Positions 49,683 to 54,238 of a stretch of DNA of 54,238 nucleotides are shown one piece after another (the stretch's first letter is position 1; the number at the start of each line of letters is the position of its first letter). The stretch covers positions 1 to 54,238 of the forward strand of contig CAWBHS010000019.1 in assembly GCA_963788655.1 (NCBI GenBank). Direction: 5' to 3'. A program made the translations under genes and the position numbers. The notes beneath the pieces are model-generated. The model did no database searches. It worked only from the letters and a program-made list of their open reading frames with translations, and was not told where the DNA came from. The DNA is from an uncultured Verrucomicrobiae bacterium. Lineage in GTDB: Bacteria > Verrucomicrobiota > Verrucomicrobiia > Limisphaerales > JAFGQR01.

Positions 49683-49691
49683 CCGTTCCCG

Positions 49692-50423
49692 TTATGCTTT
49701 CATCGCTGGGCTTTGCTTCCGCCGCAATGGCCGCCATCGCTGGCGCCAGTTGAAGCCTTGCAGGCCGGCGAATTGCCGTTTGTAGTCCAGGACGGAAGGC
49801 TCCCCAAATACATAACCGAGGTAGTAATAGCGGCAGCCGCGCGCCCGGGCGTAAGCCATTTCCCACAGGATGGTGCATATTCCCAGGCTGCGCCGGGCTT
49901 GGGTCGGACAGAACATCCCATAGACGCTGTAAACGCTCCGCTTGCCAACGTCCAGGTAGCTCGCGGCCACCAGGCGCCCGTCGAACCGCGCGCTGAACTC
50001 GATCAGTTCACACGGATATAATTCCAAGTGCGGTCCCAAGAAATTATCGAGAGACTCTGGTCGGTGCGTTTGGAAGCGCCTTTTGTGAAGGTCAAAAAGC
50101 TGGTGCCGTTCCTCGTTCAACACCGCCGGTTGGATGGTCCATTGCAAATCCTCATTGCGGCGCAAAATGCGGCGTTGGCTTTTCGAAGGGGTGAAGCGAT
50201 CCAGGACAATGCGCAGTGGGAGCACCGCTTGAATACCCCCGCGCCAATGGCGAAACGAGTAACGGGCAAACCTCGGTCCAAAGTGCCGCCAACCCTGCCG
50301 CCACAGGGCGTCCATGCGTTGCGGGGCAACCGAAAAATCTACGAACGCCTCATCAATGACTGGAGGAGCGTTTTTGACCCAAACGCTTTTGTCCGAAAAC
50401 CTGCTGGTCGGAAGCTGATTCAT
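49692..50423 (-). CDS. ATE/Bpt-like aminoacyl-tRNA--protein transferase family protein
   Basis: GWRHFG, PLRIVLDRFTPSKSQRRILRRN, SVYGMF...RRSLG and YYYLGY...DYKRQF. Confidence 0.8.
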   Translation of the reverse strand: MNQLPTSRFSDKSVWVKNAPPVIDEAFVDFSVAPQRMDALWRQGWRHFGPRFARYSFRHWRGGIQAVLPLRIVLDRFTPSKSQRRILRRNEDLQWTIQPAVLNEERHQLFDLHKRRFQTHRPESLDNFLGPHLELYPCELIEFSARFDGRLVAASYLDVGKRSVYSVYGMFCPTQARRSLGICTILWEMAYARARGCRYYYLGYVFGEPSVLDYKRQFAGLQGFNWRQRWRPLRRKQSPAMKA

Positions 50424-50715
50424 TGTTTGACCAACGAAATCATAGCATGAAAACGCCGGATGCGCCTCTGGTGCTGGAGTATTGCGCCGGATGCTGGATG
50501 GTATCACTTGGGTGGTGCTGGCGCGAAGCCGTCCCGGCCACAGCAAGGGATTGGCGTATGACTCTGAGAATCGCCCAAATTCACTGCTCGTTTCAACTTG
50601 CTGCGGCCCGGTTGGCCACGCGCGGATAACTCCGGAATGCCGTCACATACTTGATGGAATCGGCTTTTGCGTTTGACACCTTGGCGTGGGAGCGACAAAA
50701 GAAGCCTTGATAACG

Positions 50716-51996
50716 ATGGCAGCAAAGTCTCGAACAACGGATTCCCGTCCTTCGGTCATGGTTTTTGGCGTGGGCGCTTTCACGCACAGCGTGATGCGGA
50801 TCCTGCGCGAAGCCGGAGCCCGCGTCTCAGCATACTTGATGCGGGATTACGGCCATCACGGGCCGGCTCTGGCGGGGCCGGTTTACCGGGCTTCCGAACA
50901 GCCGACGCCGTTTGCCGCCCTCAAAGCGGAACGGCCGGATTTTGTGGTGCCCATGGCGATCGATTGGGCGCTGAAACCCTGGGCGGAAAAATTCCTGGAA
51001 TGCGGCGTGCCGCTGGTGTGCCCGACCAACGAGGCCTTGCGGTTGGAGCGGGACCGTGATTTTGCCCGGGCGCTCTGCCGCAAGTATCGCATCCCTTTCC
51101 CAGAGGCTTGGGTGGCGCGCGACCGGCGGGAAGCCTTGGCCATGGTCAAGCGCCGACGGCGGCCGTTCGTGATGAAGAACCCGCTCTGTTCGCCCTTCAG
51201 TCCGTTGCACACGATTGTTTGTGAAACCGTCGAGGAAACGTGCTCTTGGCTGGAGCGGGCCAACGATGCCGAAGGGATTTTTCTCCAAGAATACCTGGGG
51301 CGCGCCGAAGCGGGTCATATCGCGCTCGTCAGCGGCGGGGAAATTCATTCGCTGGTGACGAACCAGGAATACAAACGGGCATTCGACGGCAACCAGGGCA
51401 TTGTGGCGGGCGCGCCCCTGGGCGGTTTGGTGGAGAAAGATCCGGGTGACAAGTACGGATTAGCGCGGGAACTCATTCATCCGCTGCGTTCCTGGTTTCG
51501 CGATGTCAATTTCAATGGACCGGTCCAGGTGACGGCCATTCAATACCGCGGGCGTTGGCACGTGATCGAATACAACGTGCGCCTGGGCGTTACTAGCGGC
51601 GGACTGATACTCCGCTTGCTGGCCAATCCGCTGGAGGTGTTGCGGGGCACGGCTTTGAACCAAAGGTTGCAGGTTCGTTTTCGCCCGGGCTTGCGCTTTG
51701 GTTGCTCGGTTACGCTGGCCGGTTACGGCTATCCGTACGTGGCTTTGGAAGGGCCCCGCGTGCCCGTACGCGTCGCTGGTAAGCCGACGTGTGATATTTG
51801 GTGGAACGAAGTGGCTGCAGACGCGCGGGGGCAACTGTGGACTACCGGCCATCGGATTGCGGACGTGGCGGCGGTAGCCGGCAGTTTGCCGGCGGCCATT
51901 CGCACGGCATACGAAAACATCCAACGGCTAAGTTCTTTGGGGAGTTATTATCGGTTGGACGTGGGCCGGTCACTTTGGCCTCCCGGATCGGTGTGA
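50716..51996 (+). CDS. Divergent PurD-like ATP-grasp ligase
   Basis: PurD architecture (LE, QEYLG, QEYKRAFDGNQG, EYNVRLG, YYRLDVG), but the canonical GGREHA, KADGLAAGKGV, GPNTGGMG and RFGDPE motifs are replaced. Confidence 0.8.
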   Translation: MAAKSRTTDSRPSVMVFGVGAFTHSVMRILREAGARVSAYLMRDYGHHGPALAGPVYRASEQPTPFAALKAERPDFVVPMAIDWALKPWAEKFLECGVPLVCPTNEALRLERDRDFARALCRKYRIPFPEAWVARDRREALAMVKRRRRPFVMKNPLCSPFSPLHTIVCETVEETCSWLERANDAEGIFLQEYLGRAEAGHIALVSGGEIHSLVTNQEYKRAFDGNQGIVAGAPLGGLVEKDPGDKYGLARELIHPLRSWFRDVNFNGPVQVTAIQYRGRWHVIEYNVRLGVTSGGLILRLLANPLEVLRGTALNQRLQVRFRPGLRFGCSVTLAGYGYPYVALEGPRVPVRVAGKPTCDIWWNEVAADARGQLWTTGHRIADVAAVAGSLPAAIRTAYENIQRLSSLGSYYRLDVGRSLWPPGSV

Positions 51997-52007
51997 GCGC
52001 GCCCGGA

Positions 52008-53201
52008 ATGAAACCGACCGACGTTGTGGACGCCTCCTTGAAGATTACCCCCGCTGAACGGGGGGTGCCAGGATCGGGCCATCACGAACCGGTGCGGCGA
52101 TCCGCGTGGGTGGAAATTGACCGCCAACGATTGCGCCGGAATTTCCAGATCATTAACCAGCACAAACCACCAGGGCTACAATTGCTGTCGGTGGTCAAAG
52201 ACAATGCATACGGCCATGGGGCAGGGGAGGTGGCGCGCATTGCTCTGGAATCGGGGGCTGTCGGTCTTGGCGTCACCACGATGGATGAGGCGGTGGAACT
52301 GCGTCAGTTGGGAATTCAGGATCCCATTCTGATGCTGGGCGAACGTTGTCCGGATGAACTGCCGGCGTGCCTCGATTATCGGTTGACTGTCAGCGTCGGC
52401 GAAATGCGCGTCGCTCAAAGACTGGATCGGCTGGCTCGGCATCGCGGCGAGCGGGTAGGCGTTCATTTCAAAGTCGATACGGGCATGAGCCGGTATGGAG
52501 TAAGGTGGACGGACGCCGCCGCCGCGGCACAGGAACTGGCCACCATGCCGGGACTCGAATTGAAGGGCATCATGAGCCATTTCGCCATGTCGGATGAGGC
52601 CGACAAAACGTTTGCGCGGCTACAACTGGAACGTTTTCAAGAGGTGTTGGACGCCGTGGAGGCTCGCGGGTTGAAGGTGCCCGTGCGCCATCTGTGCAAT
52701 ACCGGCGGATTCTTGGACTTGCCGCCGGCCTGGTTTGACATGGTGCGCATTGGCATTCTGCCGCTGGGGGTGTACCCGTCGAAGGTTTGCCGGCGCTTAC
52801 CGGGACTGTTGCCGGTCATGAGCGTGAAAGCCAGGGTGGTCAGCCTGCGGCAATTGAACCCCGGCGACACCTACGGCTACGGCCTGCGGTACAAAGCTGA
52901 GACGCGCCGACAGATCGCGGTGCTGCCGGTGGGATATGGCGATGGCTTCCCGCGCTTGCGCAACGAAGGCTTTGTGTTGGTCCACGGCCGACGCGCTCCC
53001 ATCATTGGGGGCGTGGCCATGGATGCCATCGGCGTCGATGTGACGGAAATTCCCGAAATCCAGCTTGGGGATGATGTCGTTCTGATGGGGGAGGACGGGG
53101 AGGAGCGAATTTTGGCAAACGACATCGCCGGTTGGAAGCGGAGTGTTGCCTATGACGCACTGGCGGGTTGGCGCCACCGGTTGCCGCGGATTTACGTTTG
53201 A
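52008..53201 (+). CDS. alr: Alanine racemase family PLP enzyme
   Basis: AWVEID, VVKDNAYGHG (PLP Lys), KVDTGMSRYG, SHFA, GYG catalytic Tyr region, VGYGDG and RLPRIY. Confidence 0.85.
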   Translation: MKPTDVVDASLKITPAERGVPGSGHHEPVRRSAWVEIDRQRLRRNFQIINQHKPPGLQLLSVVKDNAYGHGAGEVARIALESGAVGLGVTTMDEAVELRQLGIQDPILMLGERCPDELPACLDYRLTVSVGEMRVAQRLDRLARHRGERVGVHFKVDTGMSRYGVRWTDAAAAAQELATMPGLELKGIMSHFAMSDEADKTFARLQLERFQEVLDAVEARGLKVPVRHLCNTGGFLDLPPAWFDMVRIGILPLGVYPSKVCRRLPGLLPVMSVKARVVSLRQLNPGDTYGYGLRYKAETRRQIAVLPVGYGDGFPRLRNEGFVLVHGRRAPIIGGVAMDAIGVDVTEIPEIQLGDDVVLMGEDGEERILANDIAGWKRSVAYDALAGWRHRLPRIYV

Positions 53202-53218
53202 ACGCCCTGCCGATTGCC

Positions 53219-54058
53219 ATGATTCTCCTTTTTTCCGAGTCCGATGCCGATTACGCGCGCTACCGTTATCCTTATGTGATCTGGGCGGCGCCCGAGCCGG
53301 GGGAAACACCGGCAGACTTTTTTCGTTGTGGGTTCTTGCCGGCGTCACCCCAGTTGGACCGGTTTTATCTTTGCCGGAACCTCCGGGTGGATCTCCACCG
53401 GTTTCAACCCTCATCCGAAAACCGCCGTATCTTGCGCAAAGGAGAAGGGGTGACGGTTGAGTTGATGGCGCGCGAACACTTCGATTATTCCGCCACCCGG
53501 CGGCAAGCCTGGAAGGCGTTTGCGGATCAGCGTTTTGGCGCCGACATCATGAGCTTTGATCGCCTGGACAAACTGATGAGTGGGCCGGTGGTTTCGCATC
53601 TGTTGCACTTCGCCGACCAGGCGACCGGGCGGGAAGTTGGCACCGTGTTGTTATTCGTGGAGGAACCGACGGTTGCTTACTACTACTATGCCTTCTACGA
53701 CTTGGATTATGTTCAACGCAGCCTGGGAATGTACATGATGACCAGGGCGGTCGAGTTGATGGCGCAACGGGGCTTCGCTTATTTGCACCTGGGCACGTGT
53801 TATTCGGAACGGGCGCTCTACAAAACGCAATTTGCTGGCGTCGAATTCTTCAATGGCTTCCGCTGGTCGGACAATGTGGACGAACTAAAGTTCCTGCTCA
53901 AACGAGACCAGGAAACGTCTCCGCCACATCTTTTGGAAATGACCTCCTTCCGCGAAACCTTTTATCCGGGCTCGGTCACTGAACTGGCCGTCATAGGACA
54001 TTTTCGGCTACCGCTGCCAAGGACTGCCGGAAATGACCAAGAAACCAATGACCAATGA
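53219..54058 (+). CDS. Second, more divergent ATE/Bpt-like (GNAT-fold) aminoacyl-tRNA transferase
   Basis: LRVDLHRFQPSSENRRILRK, YYYAFYDLD...RSLGMYMM and YLHLGTCY...LYKTQF. Confidence 0.72.
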   Translation: MILLFSESDADYARYRYPYVIWAAPEPGETPADFFRCGFLPASPQLDRFYLCRNLRVDLHRFQPSSENRRILRKGEGVTVELMAREHFDYSATRRQAWKAFADQRFGADIMSFDRLDKLMSGPVVSHLLHFADQATGREVGTVLLFVEEPTVAYYYYAFYDLDYVQRSLGMYMMTRAVELMAQRGFAYLHLGTCYSERALYKTQFAGVEFFNGFRWSDNVDELKFLLKRDQETSPPHLLEMTSFRETFYPGSVTELAVIGHFRLPLPRTAGNDQETNDQ

Positions 54059-54173
54059 CCAAAGAATTCTCAATGGCAAATGACCAATAGAATCGCGAGG
54101 AGTTGATCAGTTCTTGGTTGGTGCTTATGGGCTTGGGCATTCTTTGGTGTTTGGGGCTTAGTCCTTGGCCATT
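54032..54173. repeat. Heptamer repeat element with two inverted arms
   Basis: AATGACC AAGAAACC AATGACC AATGACC AAAGAAT on the left, and an opposed arm whose reverse complement reads AATGGCC AAGGACT AAGCCCC AAACACC AAAGAAT. Confidence 0.75.
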
Positions 54174-54238
54174 AGCCAAACGCTCCCACCACGACGTGTT
54201 CCGCCTCCGAGCGACCCTTACGCCAACCTCAAGCTCCT

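Noticed and set aside
50716..51996. Calling this gene purD
   Set aside because: The substrate-binding signature motifs are replaced and there are no purine genes nearby.
1..54238. tRNA, rRNA, CRISPR arrays and prophage genes
   Set aside because: None recognised by eye.

Overview
A GC-rich bacterial chromosome segment, most likely Verrucomicrobiota: it carries the PVC-signature small basic protein, a CotH/lamin-tail protein, a PQQ-repeat propeller and a C-terminal 'FYR' domain. Many genes are frameshifted, including essential hisS and sucC, which points to uncorrected long-read indel errors rather than pseudogenes. In order, the window holds a large secreted multi-domain M4 metalloprotease, an ISL3-family IS (ATT start codon, highly structured 5' leader), dedA, a CotH kinase, a REP doublet, hisS, an HU/IHF gene and sucCD. 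Next come a PilB/GspE ATPase with an MshEN-type partner, the small basic protein, an SH3 protein, folD, two hypotheticals and infC. These are followed by a Tat-exported Gfo/Idh/MocA plus TIM-barrel pair, a PQQ-repeat protein, a 4375-aa Cys-rich HYR-like repeat protein, a squalene/phytoene synthase, a Pro/Ala-rich protein with ten helical repeats and lysA. The best candidate for an undescribed system is at the right end: a tight operon of a divergent PurD-like ATP-grasp ligase, a divergent alanine-racemase-family enzyme and an ATE/Bpt-like aminoacyl-tRNA transferase, with a second ATE/Bpt-like gene transcribed divergently. Heptamer (AATGACC-type) repeat elements recur in five intergenic regions. 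All family calls are by eye from motifs; no searches were run.
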